Assembly: GCA_965263035.1 (NCBI GenBank)
Contig: OZ253580.1
Location: 992,001 to 1,056,000, forward strand
DNA: 64,000 nt
Source of the DNA: Acidobacteriota bacterium
GTDB taxonomy: Bacteria > Acidobacteriota > UBA6911 > RPQK01 > JAJDTT01
Direction of reading: 5' to 3'
Shown: one piece after another, positions 20,892-30,419 of the stretch
How positions within the stretch are numbered: the first letter of the stretch is position 1
How the letters are laid out: every line of letters starts with the position of its first letter
Made by a program: the position numbers and the translations under genes
Notes under the pieces: generated by a model
What the model was told of the DNA's origin: nothing
Databases searched by the model: none
What the model saw: the letters and a program-made list of their open reading frames with translations, nothing else

Positions 20892-22628
20892 CTATATCCC
20901 TCGAGCTTCGGAGATGCGAAAAACATCCACGCCCGTCCGGATGCGGTTGGTTGTGGGATCAACCATTATGCCCAAAGGCCTGGCAAAGCCGGAATCCAGA
21001 GACGGAGACTCTTCCACGACTTCGACTTCGTGTCCCATCCTGACCAATCCTTCCCGGCACTCAGAATCCAGCCTCAAGTCGGTAAGGGTGACTGCTTCCG
21101 AGGCATCCACGCGAGGAGAGGCTATGGCCTGCTGAAGGCTCATCTGCCGGTCCACGAGGTTCAGCACGATTTGGGTGTTGCAACTGATGATCCTTCTTCC
21201 GCCGACAGCGCCCAGGCTGGCGAAGGGTTTTTTCTCTTTGAGCAGCAAGAGTGGCACCATATTGTTGAGCCCCCGTTTGAAGCCGGCAATTGAGTTGGCC
21301 GATCCTGGAAGTGGGTTGAAGACCACCATCCCGCTGCTAAAGAGGAGCCCGGTCCCGGACGTGATGACCCGGGAGCCAAACCGACTGACGGCCGTCTGTG
21401 TGCAGGAAACCATGTTTCGCTGCCTGTCAACCGCGGAAAAGTGAGTCGTGCACTGGTCTTCCTGCGGAGGGGAAGGTGGAGGATCCTCCAGAACGGGCGT
21501 TCCTTCTTGATAGCGCCAGGGCCGGTGCAGAGCCCTGTCGGCAAACGTGACCCAGGGTTGATCCGAAGCGTGCGCAAAAGCCGTTTGTGCAGGACTGATC
21601 AGCCGGGCAACGTCCCGGGCGTAGTCAGTAGACAAAAGGGCTTTTTCCGGTACCGGGACAAAGTCAGGATCTCCGAGAAAACGGTATCGGTCGGCGAAAG
21701 CGTTGCGAGCGGACTCAATCACAAGATGAAGGTATTCGGTAGAATTGTGCTCCAAGCCAGCTAAATCAAAATTCTCGAGAATCTTCAGGGCTTGCAGAGT
21801 AGTCGTACATCCACTGGGTCCGGGCATTCCCAGGATCTCACAATTCCGGTACCGGATTGTCACGGGCTCTGTCGCCACGACTTCGTAACGACCGAAGTCT
21901 TCCGCCGTGAGCAGACCGCCATTTTTCTTCATATCCGCTTCAACGGTGTGCGGCAGTTCTCCGCGATACAGGCCTCTTGCACCTTGACGGGAAATCAGTC
22001 GCAGAACCTGGCCCAGATCGGCTTGCACCACACGATCCACGCCGCTGACCGGAGGATATCCATTGCGCAGAAAGATCCGAGCGGGACTCCCGTATTTCAC
22101 AAAATCTGCCATAGTTTCGGCAATCTGCTGCGTCGTCAGCCAGTTGGCGACAAACCCCTGCTCGGCGTAGTGAATCGCCGGCTCCAGAAGTCGTTGTAGA
22201 GGAAGGCTTCCATACAACTGATGCGCTCGACACAGGCCTGCAGTCACGCCGGGGACACCGATCGCCTTGTAGCCGGAGACATTGGCTCGATTTTCAACCT
22301 CGAAAAGCCCGTTTCCCTCTCGGGTCCGGCCGATTACCCGGTACATCTCGGGAGTGGCTGCCATCGGGGCACGATGGCTGAAATCGAGGGCCAGGCTGGC
22401 TTGGTGCTCGGCCATGTGAACGAGCATCTGCCCGTGACCGGCGATGGAGGAGGCCCAGGGCTCCACCACGGCCAGGCAAAAGCCCACGGCAACCGTAGCG
22501 TCGACGGCGTTCCCACCTTCAGAAAGGGTTTGGACCCCGACCTCGGAAGCCAAGGGATGGGAGGTCACGACCGCTCCAAATTCCGATACGACCTCATCCT
22601 TAATGGGTCGCCAGATACTGCGTTTCAC
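20892..22628 (-). CDS. Gamma-glutamyltransferase family Ntn hydrolase
   Basis: GGNAVDA, VPGVTAG, AFADRYRFLGDPDF and nucleophile motif TTHFSAVD. Confidence 0.92.
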   Translation of the reverse strand: MKRSIWRPIKDEVVSEFGAVVTSHPLASEVGVQTLSEGGNAVDATVAVGFCLAVVEPWASSIAGHGQMLVHMAEHQASLALDFSHRAPMAATPEMYRVIGRTREGNGLFEVENRANVSGYKAIGVPGVTAGLCRAHQLYGSLPLQRLLEPAIHYAEQGFVANWLTTQQIAETMADFVKYGSPARIFLRNGYPPVSGVDRVVQADLGQVLRLISRQGARGLYRGELPHTVEADMKKNGGLLTAEDFGRYEVVATEPVTIRYRNCEILGMPGPSGCTTTLQALKILENFDLAGLEHNSTEYLHLVIESARNAFADRYRFLGDPDFVPVPEKALLSTDYARDVARLISPAQTAFAHASDQPWVTFADRALHRPWRYQEGTPVLEDPPPSPPQEDQCTTHFSAVDRQRNMVSCTQTAVSRFGSRVITSGTGLLFSSGMVVFNPLPGSANSIAGFKRGLNNMVPLLLLKEKKPFASLGAVGGRRIISCNTQIVLNLVDRQMSLQQAIASPRVDASEAVTLTDLRLDSECREGLVRMGHEVEVVEESPSLDSGFARPLGIMVDPTTNRIRTGVDVFRISEARGI

Positions 22629-22824
22629 CCCAGTTCCCTTGGCCTCGCGACGTTGACGCGCATCCTGCTCACTCCAGCGAAAGATCTTGCAGCTCGTGGC
22701 AAAGAGTCGTCACGGCATTCGACCGGGTCCGCCTCACGGCGGACGGCGTTACTCCCGGGTCACAAACGATCGAGTATGCCCTCTCGTCGGGCCTTGTCCG
22801 GCGGGTGCGGCCCCCGTCTCGGCG

Positions 22825-23646
22825 CTACGCGGGACTTTCACCACGGGACGGTTCACCCTGCGCGTCCGAGGCGGCCGATTCGCGCGCGTATGCCCTCAGT
22901 CTTTCCAGGTCCGCCCTAAGGCCGGCAATGCCCTGAATAATCAGGCCACCGATCACAATGAACCGGTACCCGGCATCATAGGCTTTCTTGCCGGCTTCAA
23001 ATCCTCTCAAGGTGATGCCGCTGGCTTTTCCGCAACGTGCGGCCCGGCGGGGAAATTCTTCCAGGAAGCCTTGAATCTCGGGATGCTCCACTTGGCCGAT
23101 ATGACCCAGGGCCGCGGTAATGTCCAAAGGGCCGGCAAAAAGCACGTCGACGCCCTTGACGGCAGCAATCTCCTCCAGGTTGTCGATCGCTTCGCGGCTC
23201 TCAATCTGCACGATCACACACGTCTCCTGATTGGCCGCCGGCAGATAATCTTCATAGGACACGTCCATGAAGAAAGTCCACCAGGGAGAGACGCCACGCG
23301 AGCCCTCGGGTGGATATTTGGCATATTGAACAGCCCGGCGGGCCTCTTCGGCATTGTTGATTTGGGGCAACATCACCCCCGCAGCACCGACATCGAGAGC
23401 CTTCTTGATCAGCTGCGGATCCAGTCCGGCCACCCGCACGATCGGAACACAACCCTTCATCCGGCAAAGCACCGGAATCCATGGGATATCGGTGGCGTCA
23501 TAGGGTCGATGTTCCGTGTCGATCCAGAGAAAGTCGATGCCCGTGTCCACAGTCAGTTTGGCGATGAAATCGGACCGGTCGGGGAGTCCCGCTCCCCAGG
23601 CAGCCTTACCCTCGGCCAAAAGAGTCTTTACTTTGTTCTCAAACAT
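22825..23646 (-). CDS. HpcH/HpaI aldolase/citrate lyase family protein
   Basis: WIDTEH, PIVRV, ALDVGA, YPPEGSRG, VQIES and FAGPLD. Confidence 0.92.
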   Translation of the reverse strand: MFENKVKTLLAEGKAAWGAGLPDRSDFIAKLTVDTGIDFLWIDTEHRPYDATDIPWIPVLCRMKGCVPIVRVAGLDPQLIKKALDVGAAGVMLPQINNAEEARRAVQYAKYPPEGSRGVSPWWTFFMDVSYEDYLPAANQETCVIVQIESREAIDNLEEIAAVKGVDVLFAGPLDITAALGHIGQVEHPEIQGFLEEFPRRAARCGKASGITLRGFEAGKKAYDAGYRFIVIGGLIIQGIAGLRADLERLRAYARESAASDAQGEPSRGESPA

Positions 23647-24077
23647 GGTTTCGTCCCGGCCCGGCTATAGTTGATGACTCCGATCATAAGGAAACCGCCG
23701 TCTGGCAGGATAATAGATTGAATCACGCCGGGTATCGTGACTCGCACAGTTCCTCCAAAGTGTTGCATATTGTAGTGGCGGCCCCAACGGTGATCAACAC
23801 ATAGTGAATCTTACTTTGCTCTCATATCCGGCTCGAAGTGGCGGTAAGACGCGGTGAAATGACGCCTTATCCCCTTCACTTCGGGAATGGATTCAGGCAA
23901 GTATGCCCATCAGAGAGTTCTCTTCCTTATATGGCACGTAAATCATGGGCTGATATTCCGGCAGCACCACGTAGCGACGTACCGATTATGCCCCTCGGTC
24001 ATTTAGCTTTACCCACTCCATCTTATAATTTATACTCACTGGGAGAAGCTTATCAAGAACCGAGGAGTCGGATTCTC

Positions 24078-24677
24078 ATGGTTGAATCAGAACAGGCCAA
24101 ACCCGTACAGATCAACCCAGGCCGGCTGTTGTGGTCGGGCGAACACTGGATTAACGGCCTCCAGTCTCCGGAAGGCGAGATTCCCAGCGCCTGGGTGAGC
24201 CTCTTCCACACGCGCTACAGTCCAGCCGGTGAAGGTAATACCGCCCAGATCATCATTCGGGCGGATCGCCAGCTGAGCCTGATATGTGTCGATGACCCGG
24301 AGGTGGGGAGGTTTGCCCAAGACAACTTCCTGATGCGAAGCAGCTTCCAGGATCCGAAGGCTCCCATTGTGCGAGCTCGTTTCTTTCGTGAAGGAGATAT
24401 TCGAAAGGACCCGGCCTGGGTCATCGAAACCGACAAGCACCGAATCGTGGCCCGATGGTGGGTCACGGCGCCACCGGTTATCGCCCACGGCACCTTTCGC
24501 CCAGGCACCGAACATTTCACTCTTTTGTACTTCAGCTCGCAGGCCTCGGTCGAAGTCGACGGTCAGCCGATTCCGGGAAAGCCGTTCTTAAGAAACATCT
24601 GGAAGCCTCACCTGCCAGGAGTTCGCAGCTCTTGCGTTTTTGCGCTGGCCGAGACCTTGATCGAGCTACCTGGTTGA
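24078..24677 (+). CDS. Hypothetical protein (199 aa)
   Basis: GAGGAG RBS before ATG 24078; protein-like, beta-rich composition; family not recognised. Confidence 0.7.
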   Translation: MVESEQAKPVQINPGRLLWSGEHWINGLQSPEGEIPSAWVSLFHTRYSPAGEGNTAQIIIRADRQLSLICVDDPEVGRFAQDNFLMRSSFQDPKAPIVRARFFREGDIRKDPAWVIETDKHRIVARWWVTAPPVIAHGTFRPGTEHFTLLYFSSQASVEVDGQPIPGKPFLRNIWKPHLPGVRSSCVFALAETLIELPG

Positions 24678-25121
24678 GCGAGCTACCCCACGTTGCCAGA
24701 CTACGAGGGTTTTCTAATCTCCTGTTCCTAGGGTCATGACACTTTGTCCGCAGCCCGTGGAATCGTACCATCGCCTGCCTTCCCACGAGGTGATGGAGAA
24801 CATACGCCCCGTTACCATATCGAGGTACGGGTACGGCTTTCCCGTCCGCCGTCGCGAGCTTAATCTGCTCCCTTGCGGCCTCAACTTCCCTACCGGGAAG
24901 AAGACGATATGCAGCATGTCGTAGTGCCGGCATTGGCGGCACGTGATCAGGGACTTTCGACCGTTTTTCGGCGCTTTGACGCGCGGTCTGGGATGCCACT
25001 TCACCCCGGCTTTGTTGCACCCGGGGCGAGGGGAGCTTTCTCTTGTTCAAAGGTAGTATCGCACCGGGGACCCGGGCTTGAGCGGGCACGACCAAGTTTT
25101 TCGAACCAATAGGAGGGAAAG

Positions 25122-25907
25122 ATGAGACGAGTGAGCAAACACCCCGTATGGTTGGGGCTTTTCCTGCTAATCACGCTCAATTTGTCGGCGGAAGTCGTTT
25201 TCCGTGAAAGTTTTGATCAGGGAGCGGGAGGGTGGACCACTGGGAAAAACAAGACGCATACCCGGGGAGAGATCTGGCACCGCAATATCCTTGGCTATTA
25301 CGGCGAGCCTGTGTCTCTGAAGTGGAGCCCAAGCGGCGGACGCTCCGGAGGATACGCCACCGCCGAGTCACCCTGGTACTTTGACGATAACCACGGTGAA
25401 TTCGGCTGGTTGTACCTCGTCTTCGGCAAGCGCACGGGCTGGTCCACGTACCCGGTGGACGAAAAGGCGCCGGCGACTGGCAAAGACGTACGAAATGCCA
25501 CGGTTCGCGTCTCTCTGCGGGGGAGAGATATGCAGCTGAAGGGAACCAGGTTCTACTATTGGAATCAGGCTCCTCCCGCGACAGGTCCCTGGGTCTACCG
25601 ATGCTGGGCTTTGACCTCCGCTCCTCTCGAGGGTTACTTGACAGATGGAAATTGGCACGACGTCAGCTTCAAACTCGATCCCCATGAAAGCAAATGGAGC
25701 TACATGGGGTTGATCAACGGTGGGCTGCGAAAGCGGATTCGCGTGATTCAAAGTCTTTCCTTTGGGCAAGGGACGTTGGAGGAGGTGCTGGGCGACGGCA
25801 AACTTTACAACTGGGGCTTTATTCTCGTGGATGTGGATCCCCTGGATCCTCCTTCCGGAAAGATCGACATCGATCAATTCAGCATCACCCTCAGCGGCGA
25901 GGAGTGA
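25122..25907 (+). CDS. Secreted hypothetical protein, SPWYFDDNHG family, copy 2
   Basis: AGGAGG RBS, signal peptide and shared motifs. Confidence 0.87.
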   Translation: MRRVSKHPVWLGLFLLITLNLSAEVVFRESFDQGAGGWTTGKNKTHTRGEIWHRNILGYYGEPVSLKWSPSGGRSGGYATAESPWYFDDNHGEFGWLYLVFGKRTGWSTYPVDEKAPATGKDVRNATVRVSLRGRDMQLKGTRFYYWNQAPPATGPWVYRCWALTSAPLEGYLTDGNWHDVSFKLDPHESKWSYMGLINGGLRKRIRVIQSLSFGQGTLEEVLGDGKLYNWGFILVDVDPLDPPSGKIDIDQFSITLSGEE

Positions 25908-25947
25908 GGAGCGCAACTTTACGCTCCGGTCAGATAGGTGGATAAGG

Positions 25948-26838
25948 ATGAAAAATATGACCAAGAAAATAAGACTCGAGATTTTCTTCACATTTATGTG
26001 CTATTCCGTGGCCGGACTGGCGGCAGGTGCAAAGCCGGCATCGGGTGACGTCGTGGCTGCGCACAGCTTTGACCGGGGACCGGAAGCCTGGCACACGGGC
26101 AAAGACAAGACCCATACCCGCGGCGTCACTTGGCACCGCAATATCCTGGGTTTCTACGGAGAGCCGGTTTTCCTGAAATGGAGTGAGAGGGGAGGCCGTT
26201 CGGAGGGGTTCGCCTATTCCGAGTCGCCCTGGTACTTCGATGACAATCATGGTCATTTCGGCTGGCTACACCTGCTCGCCAACCGATACACGGAGCCTGA
26301 GAAGCAGGGAAGACCCGGAAGTCCGAGTCCCGTGGTGGGTCAAGACCTGCGCAATGCCGTCGTCAGAGTGTCCCTTCGCGGGCGGGACGTTGAGCTAAAG
26401 GGCACCAGACTATACTTTTGGCTCGGCGGAAGTGCTCCTCCCATCAGGGCTGTCTCTCCAGCAGATCAGCGGCCCAGACCCACCGTCAGATCTTCTCAGC
26501 GGGAGGCACACCGGTGGTGGGCACTGACCTCGGTTCCACTGGAAGCCTACTTGACGGATGGTAAGTGGCACGATGTGGAGTTCCAATTGGAACCCGACGA
26601 GCGTAAGTGGACCTATTTAGGCTTAATAAACGGTGGTCTGCGAAAGAAGATTCAGGTTCGACAAAGTCTCAGTTTTGGAGACGGATCACTGCCACATGTT
26701 CTGGGCAACGGTAAACTTTACGTTTTCGGATTTATTCTGGTTGAAGTGGATCCTTTGGATCAGCCGACGGGCATGATTGATATGGACGAATTCAGAATCG
26801 CCACATTTCCTTCCAATCCTCCGCTGCCGGAACCATGA
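25948..26838 (+). CDS. Secreted hypothetical protein, SPWYFDDNHG family, copy 3
   Basis: TAAGG before ATG 25948 (ATG 25957 is an alternative start); signal peptide; shared motifs with two loop insertions. Confidence 0.85.
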   Translation: MKNMTKKIRLEIFFTFMCYSVAGLAAGAKPASGDVVAAHSFDRGPEAWHTGKDKTHTRGVTWHRNILGFYGEPVFLKWSERGGRSEGFAYSESPWYFDDNHGHFGWLHLLANRYTEPEKQGRPGSPSPVVGQDLRNAVVRVSLRGRDVELKGTRLYFWLGGSAPPIRAVSPADQRPRPTVRSSQREAHRWWALTSVPLEAYLTDGKWHDVEFQLEPDERKWTYLGLINGGLRKKIQVRQSLSFGDGSLPHVLGNGKLYVFGFILVEVDPLDQPTGMIDMDEFRIATFPSNPPLPEP

Positions 26839-26893
26839 CGGAAAAACGTGCTTTAGCCTGCCTGCCCGAGCATTTTCATTGGAGGTTGAGACC

Positions 26894-28348
26894 ATGAAAC
26901 GAACCTTTGCCGCGAGCTTGCTCCTCCTCTCGGTTCTGTGCAACTGCCGGACCGGTGTGGAAACCACAGAGAAGGAGCCAACCATCCGGAACCCCCGCGT
27001 CACGCTGGGTCCGCCGGTCGTAGTCTTGCTGGGTCCGCCAGGCGACCTGCGTTGGGGTTACTACGCTTTTCCTGACATGTGGCGAGCCCCGGGTGGAGAG
27101 CTGTACTTGGCCGTAAACGTGGGTGAGGACGCCAACGATGTGGGGGAACACCTGCCCACCCAATTCTTCGTCTCCCAGGACGAGGGAGAGTCCTGGCTGC
27201 CGATACTGGAAGCTCAGGTGGACTTCTCTCCGGATATCATTGCCCTGCCGAGTGGAGAGCACGTGGCCTTCGGCACTGAGAAATATGTCTATCATTATTC
27301 GACCTACGGTCCTCGCCCGCGCGAATTCCACAGCCTCGATGAACTCGGTCTCAAACTCGTCTTCACAACCGAAAAACCTGGTCTGATTGCGGCTCATTTT
27401 CGTTACGCAGATCTGCCTGAAAGCCTGACTCGGATCCCCGTTAAGCGCCGTAGAGGGCCAAATAGTCCCTGGCAGTATGATTACGCTCATTTTGACTCGT
27501 CAGACTTGCTGCTGCGCACGCCGATCGGTACCCCAAACGCCAAAGGAGATTGGCAAGAAATAGCGCCTATGATCTCAACGACGCCGCGGGATGCAGCCTC
27601 CGTCCTGTGGCCGGACCGGTTGGTCGTACTGCAGGACGGCACGCTCCTGTGGCCGCTCGCCAGCCAGGACCCACACCTTCAGAGAATGTTCTTTCGCGTC
27701 CAATGTGTCGCTTCCAGCGACGGCGGGCGGACGTGGGGAATCCGCGGCACGATTGCCGACCAGCCGGAACTGGCTGACTGGGGCTACGGCTGTGGCGAGC
27801 AGTCGATGCAGAGGATGCCCAATGGCGAATTGCTCTGTGTCATGCGCACTGAGATGGAGGGCAACAACCTGGGAACCCGTCCCTTGACGAAGTCGACACA
27901 TACGCTTGTGGCCACACGCTCATCGGACAACGGCCACACTTGGAGCAGGCCCGAGGCCATTGCGCCTTTCAGCGTGACGCCCCATCTGCGAACCCTTGAG
28001 AACGGGACCGTGGCGGTGGTGTACGGGAGGCCGGGCGTGCATGTCCGAGCGTCGGCGGACAGTGGTCAGACTTGGGGTAAGGCTCTTCCGGTCGTGGGCC
28101 CCGACGAGCTCCATCTGCTGGCTCGGTCAGTGGAAGAGCGCATAGCCCTGCGCCACGCCGGACACGGCTCGGCCCAGACCAAGGTCATCAGCTGCAGCAA
28201 TACGGATGTGATCGTCACCGGACCCGACCGGTTCATCGTTGCGTATTCCGACTTTCAGTACAGGGATGAGCAGGGTCGGCAGCGAAAGGCGATCAAGGTC
28301 AGGCAAGTGATCGTCGAGATGCCAATTTGGAACACCAGCTACCGATAA
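26894..28348 (+). CDS. BNR/Asp-box probable lipoprotein (paralog of 10090-11475)
   Basis: GGAGG RBS; LCNC lipobox-like sequence; four Asp boxes; shares FPDMWR, FGTEKYVYHYS and ISCSNTDV with the paralog. Confidence 0.85.
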   Translation: MKRTFAASLLLLSVLCNCRTGVETTEKEPTIRNPRVTLGPPVVVLLGPPGDLRWGYYAFPDMWRAPGGELYLAVNVGEDANDVGEHLPTQFFVSQDEGESWLPILEAQVDFSPDIIALPSGEHVAFGTEKYVYHYSTYGPRPREFHSLDELGLKLVFTTEKPGLIAAHFRYADLPESLTRIPVKRRRGPNSPWQYDYAHFDSSDLLLRTPIGTPNAKGDWQEIAPMISTTPRDAASVLWPDRLVVLQDGTLLWPLASQDPHLQRMFFRVQCVASSDGGRTWGIRGTIADQPELADWGYGCGEQSMQRMPNGELLCVMRTEMEGNNLGTRPLTKSTHTLVATRSSDNGHTWSRPEAIAPFSVTPHLRTLENGTVAVVYGRPGVHVRASADSGQTWGKALPVVGPDELHLLARSVEERIALRHAGHGSAQTKVISCSNTDVIVTGPDRFIVAYSDFQYRDEQGRQRKAIKVRQVIVEMPIWNTSYR

Positions 28349-28475
28349 GCACATGGCCCTGCGGCGAGCCGCGTTTGCAGGAACGGCTGCCCTGCTCTTT
28401 CGTCGATCGTGATTTCGTCAACTGACCCGTGATCTTCTCATACCAGCGGAAGCGTCTGGCTCCGTTCCCTCCGTA

Positions 28476-29900
28476 TCAAGTGGGTCCGCCTATGGGTAGG
28501 AGTTCGACGCCTTCTCCCTCCTCGGGTTTCTTGATGCGAAACCGGACCGAAGTCACTTCGGCTCCATGGGGGCCGAATTTGTTCTTGAAGCCTTCCCGCT
28601 GGCCGACCATGAAGATGGAACCGTCCTCCACAACGCAGGCGCTGGGGTAGTAGGACTTGGGATCACACTTGAATCCGCGTCCCGGCGCCGGTTTCACCCA
28701 GGTCTTCCCATTGTCTCGGCTGTAGATCACTTCTCCGTTGTTCGGCACCTGAGGATCGTCGCTGCTGAGTTTGTGCCGGCCCCCAAAGACCACGACCGAT
28801 ACGCCGTCGGGTGTCACCACCAGTTCACCCCTCCGGTACAACTTGGGGCCGCGATACTCGCTTCCAAAGTTGGGATCCTCGATGATGGGGTCTGTCAGGA
28901 GCAGACGCGGCGGCGACCAAGTGCGCCCGTCGTCGTAGGACTGAAACCAGGCCGACGTCGGTCGGCAGGGGAAGGCCAGGCTGCCGTCCGGCAAGTAGGC
29001 GGCCGTGCCCTCATCCGCATCCCAGTCATTGCTGCCAACTACCGACACGGTAGACCAGGTGAGGCCCTTATCCTCAGAGCGCATGAGAACCATGAACCAG
29101 CGAGGATCTTCGGTGGGCCATCCTTTGCCCCCGGGAATGCATGAGCCGGCGGCGAATAGCAGCAGCGCGCCGTCCTTACCCTCGAACATGCTGTAGGGGG
29201 CGTCCATATCGAAGGGTCCCACGAACTGCGTCACCTCCTTCCAGGTGTGGCCATCGTCGTCGCTTCGAAAGATCAGGGTCTTGGACTGCCGGTTGGCCAT
29301 GATCCGGGCGAACTCAAGGGGCGTCGCGGGCATCCGGTTCCAGTAGCCCCAATGGGGTTTCAGCCGGACTCCCGCAATCATCGTTCCGTCACTCAACTGC
29401 ACCACGTCACCGACGTAGTAGGCGCCAGGCACCATCGGAAACGAGCGGGGCCGGCTCCAGGTCTTCCCCTGGTCCCGGCTGCGGATCCACATCATCCTTC
29501 CGCCCTCCGGCGCTTCCCATTCCAAGAGCCATTCTCGATCCGACCGTCTCAAGCGCTCCCAGGCCTCAGGAGGCATGTCCCAGGGGGTGGGCCAGGAAGC
29601 GTGCCAATATCCGGCTGAGAAGGTCACGAACAGGTCCCCATTCTGCAGCCTGCACACCGTCGGCCACCCGCAGTAACCGCCAAACCCGCGGAAGGGCTCC
29701 GGCGGGTTGACGTCGGGGGAGACGATGATCTTTCGATACTTCTCGAAATCCACTCGGGGCCCATCACCCGTGATCAGTGCCTCAACCGGTGGAATGGAAG
29801 CCGCGGCGGACTTCTTCTCGCCGGCTCTGACAAGACTGGTGGTCGCCAAAGCGGTTGCTGAAGCGGACAGATATTGCCGGCGGGTCAATTGGACAGCCAT
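28476..29900 (-). CDS. Tat-exported BNR/Asp-box protein, copy A
   Basis: GAGGAGG RBS; TRRQYL Tat motif; five Asp boxes. Confidence 0.87.
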   Translation of the reverse strand: MAVQLTRRQYLSASATALATTSLVRAGEKKSAAASIPPVEALITGDGPRVDFEKYRKIIVSPDVNPPEPFRGFGGYCGWPTVCRLQNGDLFVTFSAGYWHASWPTPWDMPPEAWERLRRSDREWLLEWEAPEGGRMMWIRSRDQGKTWSRPRSFPMVPGAYYVGDVVQLSDGTMIAGVRLKPHWGYWNRMPATPLEFARIMANRQSKTLIFRSDDDGHTWKEVTQFVGPFDMDAPYSMFEGKDGALLLFAAGSCIPGGKGWPTEDPRWFMVLMRSEDKGLTWSTVSVVGSNDWDADEGTAAYLPDGSLAFPCRPTSAWFQSYDDGRTWSPPRLLLTDPIIEDPNFGSEYRGPKLYRRGELVVTPDGVSVVVFGGRHKLSSDDPQVPNNGEVIYSRDNGKTWVKPAPGRGFKCDPKSYYPSACVVEDGSIFMVGQREGFKNKFGPHGAEVTSVRFRIKKPEEGEGVELLPIGGPT

Positions 29901-29975
29901 CTCTTAGCCTCCTCGTGGTGCCGATTTGAAACAAAAGGACCCAGCCCGATTCATTCCTAGGGTGGGCTTAAGATC

Positions 29976-29989
29976 TTTATAACATATAA
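29976..29989 (-). promoter_or_regulatory. Conserved promoter/operator motif TTATATGTTATAAA
   Basis: Identical 14-mer at 34992-35005, about 75 bp upstream of each paralog; contains TGnTATAA. Confidence 0.55.
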
Positions 29990-30419
29990 GATTCCCCTTG
30001 CCGATCCACCGCCTCCACGACCTCCGAACCGTAGATCCGTCGCCGTCCTCCCCACCACTGCCCTCGAACGTCTCCCTGCAGTACCACCCCGGATCTGATC
30101 CTCACTTGCCGCCCTGGCTGGCGAAGCTGCCAAGCCCATAGTGGCGACGGCAGTTCGTCGGCTCCACGAACCCGTCCAGAATTCTCCCCAATTGTTACTT
30201 GAGTCAACGAATCCGTTTCAGGACGATTCCATGAGAGTCAACTCGCTGATAGCATTGAGAGCTATCGCAACCTGACTCACGGCCGGATTCGGCGAGGTTA
30301 CCGCGACAAGGATGTTGCCATAGTTCCGGGGGGCAACCCTCTCCGAGTGATCGGTGAGGTTCGGGAACAATATTTGACAATTTCCAGGAAGCCGAGGTGG
30401 CGAGCAATGAGGAGGATCC

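Noticed and set aside
24714-25004. 96-aa ORF with CxxC
   Set aside because: No second Cys pair or family resemblance; could be a relic but is unsupported.
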